NCBI GenBank assembly: GCA_964387275.1
Contig: CAYLVW010000001.1
Location: forward strand, 5,514 to 69,513
From: an uncultured Candidatus Saccharibacteria bacterium
GTDB lineage: Bacteria; Patescibacteriota; WWE3; UBA101185; UBA10185
DNA: 64,000 nt
Reading direction: 5' to 3'
Shown here: piece after piece, positions 29,441-38,526 of the stretch
Position numbering within the stretch: the stretch's first letter is position 1
Layout of the letters: each line of letters starts with the position of its first letter
Notes under the pieces: model-generated
What the model saw: the letters and a program-made list of their open reading frames with translations, nothing else
The model's database searches: none
Told to the model about the DNA's origin: nothing
Translations under genes and position numbers: made by a program

Positions 29441-29722
29441 AAGTGATAGCTTAAATCAGCATTTAAGCTTCTGGCAACGCAAATTATACCATTTACTGCC
29501 ATTTTCTATAACTCTGCTAAAATCACAATGTTCTACTATAATTAGACCCTCTTTTCATAGCTGGGGGACTGCTATGTTAACTTAACTTGATATGGATGTT
29601 ATGGTTTTTCCCGTAATAAAGAAGAGTCCCTAAGATGCTCTGTGTTTTTTGTGTTTGATTAGAGTTATAGGCGTTAGCTAATTTGTATTAAGCCTTCACA
29701 TGAAAAATGCTATATTACCCAC

Positions 29723-31165
29723 ATGATCACAGCCAGAAGTCTTAGTAAAAACTATGCCGATAAAGAGATACTTAATAGTGTTGATTTTAATATTGGAAAT
29801 GGGAGAAAAATAGGTTTGGTTGGAAAAAACGGCTGTGGTAAGACCACTCTTTTTAAGATCCTAAACGGCCTGGAAGAACCCACCTCAGGAAATCTTAATA
29901 TTCAAAATGAAGTTTTTGGCTATTTACCACAAGAATTTACTTTTCCTGATGACATGGCTGGAGCTTACTTGGAATCAAAACTAGAATCAAAGTGGGACGT
30001 ATATAAACTTGAGATTTTGGCCAAGCAATTAAAATTTGATAATTATGATCCCTATCAAATGCTAAACACCCTAAGTGAGGGGCAGAAAATGAAAATTAAA
30101 TTAATAGAACTACTATTAACCGAGCCGACTGTGCTTTTTATTGATGAACCTACTAACCATTTAGATATTGATGGGATTATGTGGTTTGAGGAGTATATCA
30201 AATATTTACAAATTACAGTTGTAATGATTTCACATGATAGGCAATTTTTGAATAATACTGTAGACGAGATATGGGAAATAGATAAACGCAAGATTTTTAG
30301 ATTTGTTGGTGACTACGACAACTATAAGGTTGAAAAAATGAAACTGATTGAGAAGTGGGATCAAGAATATGTTTTGTTTCTAAAAAGAAAACGCCAGCTG
30401 GAAACTTTACTCGAAAACGTACGTAAGATAAAAGATGGGAAAAAACGCGGCAAGGCAGTAGGATCTGTTAAAAAGAGAATTGATCGAGAAATTAACTCTA
30501 ATGAGAAGACAAAATACACAAATCAGGTAATTAAAGATGTTGAGTTTGATACAGATGTGCATAACGGAAAGTTGATGATACGTTTTAATAGTGTGTCTAA
30601 AGCTTATGGAGATAAAGTTATTTTTAACGGTTTAAATTTTGAAGTTAGGGGTAAGGAGAAGGTTTGGTTGTTTGGGCCAAACGGCGCAGGTAAATCAACT
30701 ATTATAAAACTTGTGACAGGTTTAATTGCTCCAACAGCAGGAGAGATTAAATTAGGTCCAAATATCAAATTGGGTTATTACTCACAGGTTCAGGCTGAGC
30801 TTAATTTAGAAAATACTTTGTTGGATGAATTTATGATTTCGACCTCAACTTCACTTGGAAGTGCATATGGTTATTTAAAGAAGTTTTTGTTTGATAGAGA
30901 TGCCACAAAAAAGAAAGTAAAGTTTTTAAGTCCTGGGGAAAGGGCTAGATTCGCCTTTGCAATATTTGCTTACAGAGATTACGATCTTTTAATTTTGGAT
31001 GAACCTGATAACCATTTGGATATTGAGACAAAAGAAGTGTTGGAAAGATCCTTAAATGAGTATCAGGGAACTGTTTTAATTGTTTCCCATGACCGTTATT
31101 TTGTTGAAGAGATCGGTGTTACTAAAGTCTTAAATTTGTCTGATGGTACAATGACGATTAACTAG
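29723..31165 (+). CDS. ABC-F family ATPase
   Basis: Two NBDs (GKNGCGKT, LSEGQ, DEPTNHLD; GPNGAGKS, LSPGE, DEPDNHLD); no TM. Confidence 0.93.
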   Translation: MITARSLSKNYADKEILNSVDFNIGNGRKIGLVGKNGCGKTTLFKILNGLEEPTSGNLNIQNEVFGYLPQEFTFPDDMAGAYLESKLESKWDVYKLEILAKQLKFDNYDPYQMLNTLSEGQKMKIKLIELLLTEPTVLFIDEPTNHLDIDGIMWFEEYIKYLQITVVMISHDRQFLNNTVDEIWEIDKRKIFRFVGDYDNYKVEKMKLIEKWDQEYVLFLKRKRQLETLLENVRKIKDGKKRGKAVGSVKKRIDREINSNEKTKYTNQVIKDVEFDTDVHNGKLMIRFNSVSKAYGDKVIFNGLNFEVRGKEKVWLFGPNGAGKSTIIKLVTGLIAPTAGEIKLGPNIKLGYYSQVQAELNLENTLLDEFMISTSTSLGSAYGYLKKFLFDRDATKKKVKFLSPGERARFAFAIFAYRDYDLLILDEPDNHLDIETKEVLERSLNEYQGTVLIVSHDRYFVEEIGVTKVLNLSDGTMTIN

Positions 31166-31299
31166 TAGTTTTAAAGATTTTGTAATAGAAATGCGTGCTA
31201 CTACTTTATAATTTTTAAAGTTGTTGGAACTTTCTAATAAGAAATAATAAAAATTACTGTTTTGTTAATAAAGATTTATTTGTACAATAAGTAGCAGAT

Positions 31300-32286
31300 A
31301 TGTCTGAAGAAAACCAACCCACTTTACCAAGCTCTTCTGAAGGTAATTCAGTTTCTCCCCCAAGAAAGACTCATTTTAATATTTGGTTTATTGTTGTCAC
31401 CATTCTTATTTTAATCACAGTAACGGTAGTTTTGTCTAAAGTTGCTTTTAATCAAAAGGAAGCCCCTTCACCTAAAAATATTACTAGTAGGTCTGTAACT
31501 ACTCCGCCAATTTTGCAAGAGGCACTTGAAGAAAAACCTTTGACAGCTACCCCAACTTTAATTCCGAAAGTATACCCTGATAATGCAGATACATTATCAA
31601 ACCCAACAAAAGAAGCCACTATAGATCCAGATCACTATCTGATTGTTGGTCTGCCAAGTGGACAAAATAACAAAGAAACTAAGAAAATTATTTTTTCTTT
31701 GCCAGGCCACGGTAGTACTGCGGAGGAAGATTATGAAGCTTGGAAAAAACATATTGTAGCAAAAGGAGATTATGGTTTGGTAAGTATTAATTGGTGGAGT
31801 GGGGAAGGAGAAAAGAAAAGTGACTATTACTCCCCAGTAAAAATTGTAGAGGTTGTAGAGCATTATCTGAAAAATAATAACTACTCAACAACTGATTTTA
31901 TAGTTTTGGAAGGTTTTTCTAGAGGCAGTGCTAATACATATTCTGTAATTGCAAATGATAGGTTTCTAAAAAAGAACCTAATAGATGCTGTCATATCTGC
32001 ATCCGGCAAGTATCAAAGCGATTTCGCAATGACTGAGGAGTTACTCCAGGGTAATAGTGGGAAGCCTTTTAGTGGTGTAAAGTGGGTGCTTGTCTGCGGT
32101 GCGAAAGATCCTAATCCTACTAGGGATGGTTGCGAAGGTATGTCTGAAACTGAAAAGTTTTTAAAAGAGAAGGGAGCTGCAGTTTTATTGTTTTTACAGG
32201 ATCCTAATGGTGCTCATGGAGCTTTTCATATGAGTCCTTTAAATTTCCCTGAGCAAGCGTTACAGAGTTTTGACTTAGTCTTGTAA
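31300..32286 (+). CDS. Membrane-anchored alpha/beta hydrolase
   Basis: GFSRG nucleophile elbow; C-terminal GAHGAF; N-terminal TM. Confidence 0.75.
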   Translation: MSEENQPTLPSSSEGNSVSPPRKTHFNIWFIVVTILILITVTVVLSKVAFNQKEAPSPKNITSRSVTTPPILQEALEEKPLTATPTLIPKVYPDNADTLSNPTKEATIDPDHYLIVGLPSGQNNKETKKIIFSLPGHGSTAEEDYEAWKKHIVAKGDYGLVSINWWSGEGEKKSDYYSPVKIVEVVEHYLKNNNYSTTDFIVLEGFSRGSANTYSVIANDRFLKKNLIDAVISASGKYQSDFAMTEELLQGNSGKPFSGVKWVLVCGAKDPNPTRDGCEGMSETEKFLKEKGAAVLLFLQDPNGAHGAFHMSPLNFPEQALQSFDLVL

Positions 32287-32392
32287 TTTGTAAAAACCTA
32301 GTATCTATTGATAAGTCTTGTTCTACATTGTACTTACCCATATTATTATGATTCCTAGTGGTATAATCTGGTAAATGTTGTGAGGAGGGAGC

Positions 32393-32815
32393 ATGATACC
32401 GCTTTTTCAGGAGTGGCTACCTGCATCTATGCTTGAGGTTCAAGGTATTATTTGTGCTGTGTTGTTGGGATATACCTCAATTATAGCGGCTATTAACTAT
32501 TATAAAGCCGGGGCTTTGAAGGATAGAATGGCTGGTGAGTTTGCAATGCTATGTACGGCGTTTGCAGTTGTAGCTTTGATAAATGCATATATTGCTGTAG
32601 CAATACTGGTCTTATTTTATATGTTAGCACTCTTTTTAGTTGTGTTTGTTGTAGTTTCCTTGTTTGTTGAGGGGGTTTGGACTGATGGGTATAAGTTTTT
32701 TAGACATGGTTTTTCTCATATATTTGGGAGTATGTTTAAAGGTATAAGGTTATCTTTTAGCAGTTTGTTTGGTAAGCTACGTGGTCTTGGTAAGTCTAAT
32801 GATGGTTCTGAGTAG
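32393..32815 (+). CDS. Hypothetical membrane protein
   Basis: SD GAGGAGG; ~3 hydrophobic segments. Confidence 0.7.
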   Translation: MIPLFQEWLPASMLEVQGIICAVLLGYTSIIAAINYYKAGALKDRMAGEFAMLCTAFAVVALINAYIAVAILVLFYMLALFLVVFVVVSLFVEGVWTDGYKFFRHGFSHIFGSMFKGIRLSFSSLFGKLRGLGKSNDGSE

Positions 32816-32839
32816 GGTTTAGTTTTTTTCGTTTCGGCT

Positions 32840-32875
32840 GGGGCCGGGCAATTTGATTGCAAATTGCCCGGCCCC
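32840..32875. terminator. GC-rich perfect palindrome
   Basis: ggggccgggcaatttg-attg-caaattgcccggcccc, 16 bp stem; no U-tract. Confidence 0.6.
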
Positions 32876-32930
32876 TACTTAGTAACAACGACTTTGCCAA
32901 CCCAAACCCCAAACTGTATCATAGAACAAG

Positions 32931-33383
32931 ATGCAACACACCCTGCTTAACAAAATCAACTTCGTGGCTTTGAACAGAGTAATGATAGTTTTGCTAGTTA
33001 CCTGTATGCTTACTTTTTCCTACTATACATTCGCTTCCTATCAGCCTAAATCTTTACGAGAGCTGCCGGAGGTAAAAGGTCTTGATAGTACACCAGATAA
33101 CTACGTACCAACTCCTATAGACTCCTATATAGTGGGCTCTGACCTTGGGTCTGATGTGAAGACCACAGTAGTAAAAACCTCAAAACCAATCATGGACATA
33201 GAGACCTTCTATTACAATATTTCAAGAATTAAGAAATGGAATTTAGAGGAAAGTTTTGCTGATGATAGGGGATTTACCCGAGTATTTAAGCATAGGGGAA
33301 ACACTTTAAGGATAAACGTTACAAAATCTGAAAACCCTACAGATGTCTTTAACTACGTTTCCATTACAGTAATAGAGTCCTAA
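32931..33383 (+). CDS. Hypothetical single-TM protein
   Basis: 150 aa ORF with N-terminal TM. Confidence 0.7.
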   Translation: MQHTLLNKINFVALNRVMIVLLVTCMLTFSYYTFASYQPKSLRELPEVKGLDSTPDNYVPTPIDSYIVGSDLGSDVKTTVVKTSKPIMDIETFYYNISRIKKWNLEESFADDRGFTRVFKHRGNTLRINVTKSENPTDVFNYVSITVIES

Positions 33384-33394
33384 AAGGCAAAAAC

Positions 33395-35143
33395 CTACTT
33401 TTTTGTGCCTCTCATATATACTGCTTTCCAGGCCTGATATCTACTATTGAACATATCTTTGTACATTGTTTCGCCATCTCTGGTTACAGTTCTGGAAAAT
33501 GATACATTTGCTCCCCAGGCCGGGAAATCTACTTGTTTAATAGTTCCTTCAGCTAATGTCGGGTCATCTACATATAATGCAGGAGGTGGTGCGGTTTGAC
33601 TTGTTACAACAGGTTCGGTGATTTCCACTTTTCTATTATCTGAAGTTCCATAAATCTTAAATACCAAAGAGTTTTCCTTTAGATCTAATGTGCTTTCTAC
33701 AAGAATATAATTAGCTGTGTCGTTTTTAAATTGAAAATCTAAACTAGGTTGATAAATAGCAGCATCAATACCAACAGGGCTTTCAATTTCGTAATACTTT
33801 ACTCTATATGCATGTGGGTATCTCGCAACAATTGGAAGACCTGCATTTAGTGCTGCTCTGAAAATTGTTGTGGATGTTTGGCAAACTCCACCCCCTTCTC
33901 CAAGAACTGTTCTACCATTTGAAATAATATATGCTGAATCATAGCCTGTTTTTGCGCTGATCTCACCAATTGTTTTATTTAGAGAATATATTGCTCCAGG
34001 TGCTAATAATGTGTTTCCTGCACGCTCCGCTGCAAGAGCCAGATTGTGAATTCTAGATGAAGCCGAGCCTGTAAACTTAGATTTTCCCTCGGCTAATAAT
34101 TCCTTGATACCGTATTTTGAAATATCTACATTTTCATCAATATCTATTGTTGCAATTTCCACGGCAACATCATTTGAGAAAAGCGCTTTTTTAAAATCTG
34201 TTGCAAAAACTCCTTCATCTATTTCTGAGCCTTTATTAAGAAGTTTAATTGAAACTACTTTATTACCCTTTACCTCTGTTACTTGTGCTTTGGGTAGTGT
34301 ATTTATTTCTAATCCTAGGCTTGACACTAATTCCTCAAAAGACGACTTGTTTAACCTTAATTCGGGTTCAAAATTGGTGTCCTTGCTGACAACAACTTCT
34401 GATAGGTCCAGAATTTGCTCTGGTGAAAGTTTCCAAGATTTATCTTTAAATTTAATAGTAAAATCTTTAAATACAATTTTTTCTGTTTGAGTTTTTATTT
34501 TATTAAGATCCTCTTCTTTTACTGTTGGTTTAGTATCTTCCATAGGAATTATAATGGGATTAAAAACCATCAGATCCAAAGCGTTTAAGACTTTTTTATT
34601 CAGGTCTTGACCATCAACTATATTGCCATTTTCTGAAGAAGTAATAAGAAGTGATTTTTCATTTAATTTAAACGATGAATTAATCTCTGGTTTATCTACT
34701 TCGCCTCGAATCGATAGTATTTTATTAGAAAGTGCTGCATCATCAAAATCATAGAAAATTTTAAGTTGCAGTGTTTTTATAAGGCCTGCGATCTTATCTT
34801 TATTATCAATAAAAATATTTCCTGTTCTTCCTACTTCAAAAGCTCTTGAGAGGGTTGCGTTTATTTTGTATTCAAGTTTTATTTCTTCGGGAGTAATAGT
34901 AAATTCTCTATCGCTTTGTTGAAGAGAGATATTTTTGTTTGTTTCTGCAATTGCTTTTGTTAATTTCGCTTTTGCTTCACTAAACGTAAGTGCACTTAAA
35001 TCTACGCTTCCTACAAATACGCCGGGAATAATTCTATTTGAGTAGTAGATATGATATAGAAAAAATGGTATCAACAGCATTCCCAATAATCCTAGTGAGA
35101 TTTTGTGTCTTTTTAGAAATGTAGCTATTTTTTCTCTATTCAT
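33395..35143 (-). CDS. VanW family protein with PG-binding_4 domains
   Basis: RIHNL, GGGVCQTSTT, RYPHAY, GIDAAIY, LDFQFKNDT. Confidence 0.92.
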   Translation of the reverse strand: MNREKIATFLKRHKISLGLLGMLLIPFFLYHIYYSNRIIPGVFVGSVDLSALTFSEAKAKLTKAIAETNKNISLQQSDREFTITPEEIKLEYKINATLSRAFEVGRTGNIFIDNKDKIAGLIKTLQLKIFYDFDDAALSNKILSIRGEVDKPEINSSFKLNEKSLLITSSENGNIVDGQDLNKKVLNALDLMVFNPIIIPMEDTKPTVKEEDLNKIKTQTEKIVFKDFTIKFKDKSWKLSPEQILDLSEVVVSKDTNFEPELRLNKSSFEELVSSLGLEINTLPKAQVTEVKGNKVVSIKLLNKGSEIDEGVFATDFKKALFSNDVAVEIATIDIDENVDISKYGIKELLAEGKSKFTGSASSRIHNLALAAERAGNTLLAPGAIYSLNKTIGEISAKTGYDSAYIISNGRTVLGEGGGVCQTSTTIFRAALNAGLPIVARYPHAYRVKYYEIESPVGIDAAIYQPSLDFQFKNDTANYILVESTLDLKENSLVFKIYGTSDNRKVEITEPVVTSQTAPPPALYVDDPTLAEGTIKQVDFPAWGANVSFSRTVTRDGETMYKDMFNSRYQAWKAVYMRGTKK

Positions 35144-35161
35144 TTAAACAGCCTTTTTGCA

Positions 35162-35719
35162 TTATGCGTCAGGATTTTTTGTTGTTTGTAATTCTCTTAT
35201 TGATTGTCTTGGAAAATTTTTTATTAAATACCTTCCAGGATTTTCTCCCATATCTATATGATCATCAATAACCTCTAACAACCTTGAAGATGACGTTTTA
35301 CCAAAAGATATTACTTCACTTCTTACACCTTGGCTTTTTGCGTACTCAATAACATCTCTATAATCCCCATCTCCTGAAACTAGCACCATAGCATCGATTT
35401 TTGGAAGTAATCTTACAATATCCATACATATACCTACATCCCAATCCCCTTTTTTTGCACCACCTAAAAATACCTGCAAATCTTTCATTCTAACTTCAAA
35501 TCCAATTTTTTCTAAAGCTGTAAAAAAATCTTTTTCATTTCCTATATCTGCATTTATAACATAAGCAAAAGCCCTGACTAATTTTCTTCCTCCCACTGCG
35601 TCTGTCAGCACTTTGCTGAAATCAACCTTGGCTCCATACAAATTTTTGGCCGAGTAATACATGTTTTGGATATCTACAAAAACCCCAACGCGCTGTTCTT
35701 TATGTCTTATATTTTTCAT
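35162..35719 (-). CDS. NYN domain protein (LabA/DUF88)
   Basis: FVDIQN, KKGDWDVG, LVSGDGDY. Confidence 0.92.
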   Translation of the reverse strand: MKNIRHKEQRVGVFVDIQNMYYSAKNLYGAKVDFSKVLTDAVGGRKLVRAFAYVINADIGNEKDFFTALEKIGFEVRMKDLQVFLGGAKKGDWDVGICMDIVRLLPKIDAMVLVSGDGDYRDVIEYAKSQGVRSEVISFGKTSSSRLLEVIDDHIDMGENPGRYLIKNFPRQSIRELQTTKNPDA

Positions 35720-35843
35720 ATATTGATTCTATCAACAAAATCAATAACACAATAGGCATTTACTCAAATCACTACAGGTTATATCTATTCTTGTTAGGCT
35801 TGTGTGGGGTTGTGTTTTTTTTGAATTGATATATTATCCTACT

Positions 35844-36107
35844 ATGTCAATTCTGGATAAGTTAAAAAATCTATTTGCATCTAAATTCCAACCAACATCT
35901 ACTGTGGTGGATATGCACGAATGTTCTTGTTGTAATGGGTGTTGCTCAGAAGATCAAGAAAAATCTTGCAACTGCGAAAACGAATGTCAATGCGATCAAA
36001 ATTCTGAAAACAACAAAGACAACGATTCCTGCGAATGCGGTGGCAACTGTGGGTGTTCTACTTCTTCCGACAGCAATGAGTGTGCATGTGGGCACTGTGG
36101 TAAATAA
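35844..36107 (+). CDS. Cys-rich, metallothionein-like small protein
   Basis: 16 Cys in 87 aa as CxC/CC; TATTAT just upstream of ATG 35844. Confidence 0.6.
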   Translation: MSILDKLKNLFASKFQPTSTVVDMHECSCCNGCCSEDQEKSCNCENECQCDQNSENNKDNDSCECGGNCGCSTSSDSNECACGHCGK

Positions 36108-36337
36108 TACTAATTCTCAAGTGTTTTTTACAAATCCTAGTATAAAGTTTTGTGCTTTGGTTAAATAGTAAAATATCCTTTCAAAATAGATTTATTTGCA
36201 CTGTGGAGAATTTTGGAAGTTACATATTTAGTATGTGGACTTACTGCCAGTTTAATCTAATCTTATAAACTTGTTGTTGGAGTACCCTTTTTCCCCTATA
36301 AATTGTATAATTCTAACGCTTTTGCAAAGAGTTTTAT

Positions 36338-36411
36338 TGGGGAGTCGTCTAATGGTAGGACATTGCACTCTGGATGCAAGAATTGAGGTTCGAATCCTTG
36401 CTCCCCAGCCA
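36338..36411 (+). tRNA. tRNA-Gln(CTG)
   Basis: tggggagtcgtctaatggtaggaca-ttgca-ct-ctg-ga-tgcaa-gaattgaggttcgaatccttgctccccagcca. Confidence 0.97.
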
Positions 36412-36533
36412 TGAAGAACTTAAGATACATAGATCCAGGTACCTATATAGATATGATATTCAATATGGGTAGTTGAAAATCAATATTATAAGTGCTATAA
36501 GGTTATTAAAGATACTCTTAGATAAAAAAGCAT

Positions 36534-37148
36534 ATGACCGAATATCCATACATGGTGTCTAATACTAAAATAGGACCTATTTTTGAAAAGCTTAAAAGTG
36601 CAGAAGTCCCACAGAGGTTTACCCTCGATATATTAAGAAAACTTGGCTTTACAAGTACTAATGATCGAGCATTCATTCCATTAATTAAGAAAATGGGGTT
36701 CTTAACAGCAGATGGAACACCAACATCTCATTATAACCAATTAAGGGATATATCTCAGTTTAAAGTTGTTTTGGCTGAACGAATTAAAGAAACATACTCG
36801 GATTTATTCTCAATTAATACACGTATGGATAAGGCTTCCGACGCTGAAATAAAAGGCGCTATATCAAGAGTTACTGGGAAGGATGCCGAAAATGTAAATA
36901 GATACTTCGCCACTTTTAAAGCTTTGCTGTCACTAGCTGATTTTGATACAAAAAATATGCCAGTTGCAGTTATTAAAAGTGACATTGAAACTTACCGAGA
37001 ACACGAAAACGAGATTAAAACACCTGTAGTCAATCAAGAATTAGTAACATTTCACTATAATATTCAAATTCACCTTCCACTTACCACAGATATTAATATC
37101 TATAATGCAATATTCAAAAGTATAAAAGACAACCTATTAGATAAATGA
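36534..37148 (+). CDS. DUF5343-like protein
   Basis: PQRFTLDILRKLGFTSTNDRAFIPLIKKMGFLTADGTPT..Y; C-terminal HYNIQIHLP segment. Confidence 0.75.
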   Translation: MTEYPYMVSNTKIGPIFEKLKSAEVPQRFTLDILRKLGFTSTNDRAFIPLIKKMGFLTADGTPTSHYNQLRDISQFKVVLAERIKETYSDLFSINTRMDKASDAEIKGAISRVTGKDAENVNRYFATFKALLSLADFDTKNMPVAVIKSDIETYREHENEIKTPVVNQELVTFHYNIQIHLPLTTDINIYNAIFKSIKDNLLDK

Positions 37149-37723
37149 GGACTATTAAGCATTTAAAAAAACTAGTCTTGGATGGAATGCTAGTACAATC
37201 CGTAGTTGACAAATATACTACTGAAGGTACATTGAGAAAGAATACAGGTATACAAAAACCATCCATTTCCTTAGAAGAATTCTCTTTTAGCCCAAAAATT
37301 ACTGCTACAGCCAACAAAATGTCCGAAGTATATATTGCATTTTATTGTTTCGAGAATCTTGTAAGGGATCTAATAATTGATCGATTGTCTGAACGCCATG
37401 GGAATGAGTGGTGGAAAAATTGTGTACCTGAGAAAGTTAAACTTCGGGTGGAAGATCTAAAAAGTAAAGAAAGCAAAAACAAATATTTATCGCCTAGAGC
37501 AAGTACTAATATAGGGTATACAATGTTAGGTGACTTGGCCTCTATCATTATAACTAGATGGGATGATTTCTCAGACATTTTACCAAATCAAGCTTGGGTA
37601 ACCTCCCGACTGAACGATTTAGAAATGTCTCGTAATATCATTATGCACTCTGGTATTTTACCTGATGATGAGATTGATAGAATTAAAACATCTCTAAGAG
37701 ATTGGGTAGAGCAGGTTGGTTAA
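37145..37723 (+). CDS. Swt1-like HEPN domain protein (putative RNase)
   Basis: YCFENLVRDLI...WW...RNIIMH (Rx4H HEPN motif); ATGA overlap with upstream gene. Confidence 0.8.
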   Translation: MRTIKHLKKLVLDGMLVQSVVDKYTTEGTLRKNTGIQKPSISLEEFSFSPKITATANKMSEVYIAFYCFENLVRDLIIDRLSERHGNEWWKNCVPEKVKLRVEDLKSKESKNKYLSPRASTNIGYTMLGDLASIIITRWDDFSDILPNQAWVTSRLNDLEMSRNIIMHSGILPDDEIDRIKTSLRDWVEQVG

Positions 37724-37820
37724 GTGTAAGCAGTTCTTAATCATGCATGTAGTGATGTTTGTGCTAAGAGCACTCACTTATCTTGCTCTCCAGCCATGAA
37801 GAACTTAGTTTATACTTATT

Positions 37821-38363
37821 GTGAAGATGATAAAAATAAAAACTAAACCTCTATTGCTTCTCCTTATACTACTTATCACTTTAATAACCGGAGTACTTTA
37901 TTTGGAGTATTCGTATCAGAACTGCAAAAAACAAATTGCTAGTACATTTTTAAAAAGTAATAGCGGAGTCAGTTGCTATGAGCTTAGTAAACTTGTTGAG
38001 AAAGAGAAGTTTGCTGTTTCTGATTCATATCCAAATATCTACGAAGTAGAGAGGCGTTTAATTGGTTTGAATAATGGTATTACTTGCAGTAGGGTTGGGT
38101 ATGTTGCCTCAGATTTACCTAAATATGCAAAAGAGTACGTTATTTTGCACGAGTATCTTCATACACAGGGAAACTATTCTGAAACATCTGTGAACTTTCA
38201 GTCTGGTATTGAGAAACCTCTAGGTTTACTACAGACTGTGTGGATTTCTGTGAGCCCCAATTTCTCAAAAGATTTTTTTAACGTCTGTTCTATAGGGCGT
38301 TTGTGGAAAGTGTTTAAAGTTTATTTCATGTTTGATAGTTTTGAAGACCTCGCTAAGATATAA
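37821..38363 (+). CDS. Membrane-anchored protein with HExxH motif
   Basis: N-terminal TM; ILHEYLH. Confidence 0.65.
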   Translation: MKMIKIKTKPLLLLLILLITLITGVLYLEYSYQNCKKQIASTFLKSNSGVSCYELSKLVEKEKFAVSDSYPNIYEVERRLIGLNNGITCSRVGYVASDLPKYAKEYVILHEYLHTQGNYSETSVNFQSGIEKPLGLLQTVWISVSPNFSKDFFNVCSIGRLWKVFKVYFMFDSFEDLAKI

Positions 38364-38526
38364 GTTTTATATGACTAATGATTCCGCTTGGTTTAAGGTA
38401 CAATGATATATTGGCCTTATTATTTGATTTATCATTTCTTAATACCAACAGAAAGGTGTTTTTGATTGTAGTCTCTAGCACACTAATATTAGTGCAAATC
38501 GTTTCTTCTATATGTAATATAATAGT

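Larger units (their letters stand above)
36397..37807 (+). mobile_element. tRNA-Gln-anchored genomic islet bounded by 26 bp direct repeats, no integrase
   Basis: cttgctccccagccatgaagaactta (36397-36422) vs cttgctctccagccatgaagaactta (37782-37807), 25/26 identical. Confidence 0.85.

Noticed and set aside
35875-36168. 97 aa alternative-frame ORF over the Cys-rich gene
   Set aside because: TTG start with no signals; the Cys-rich frame has a patterned sequence and a -10 next to its ATG
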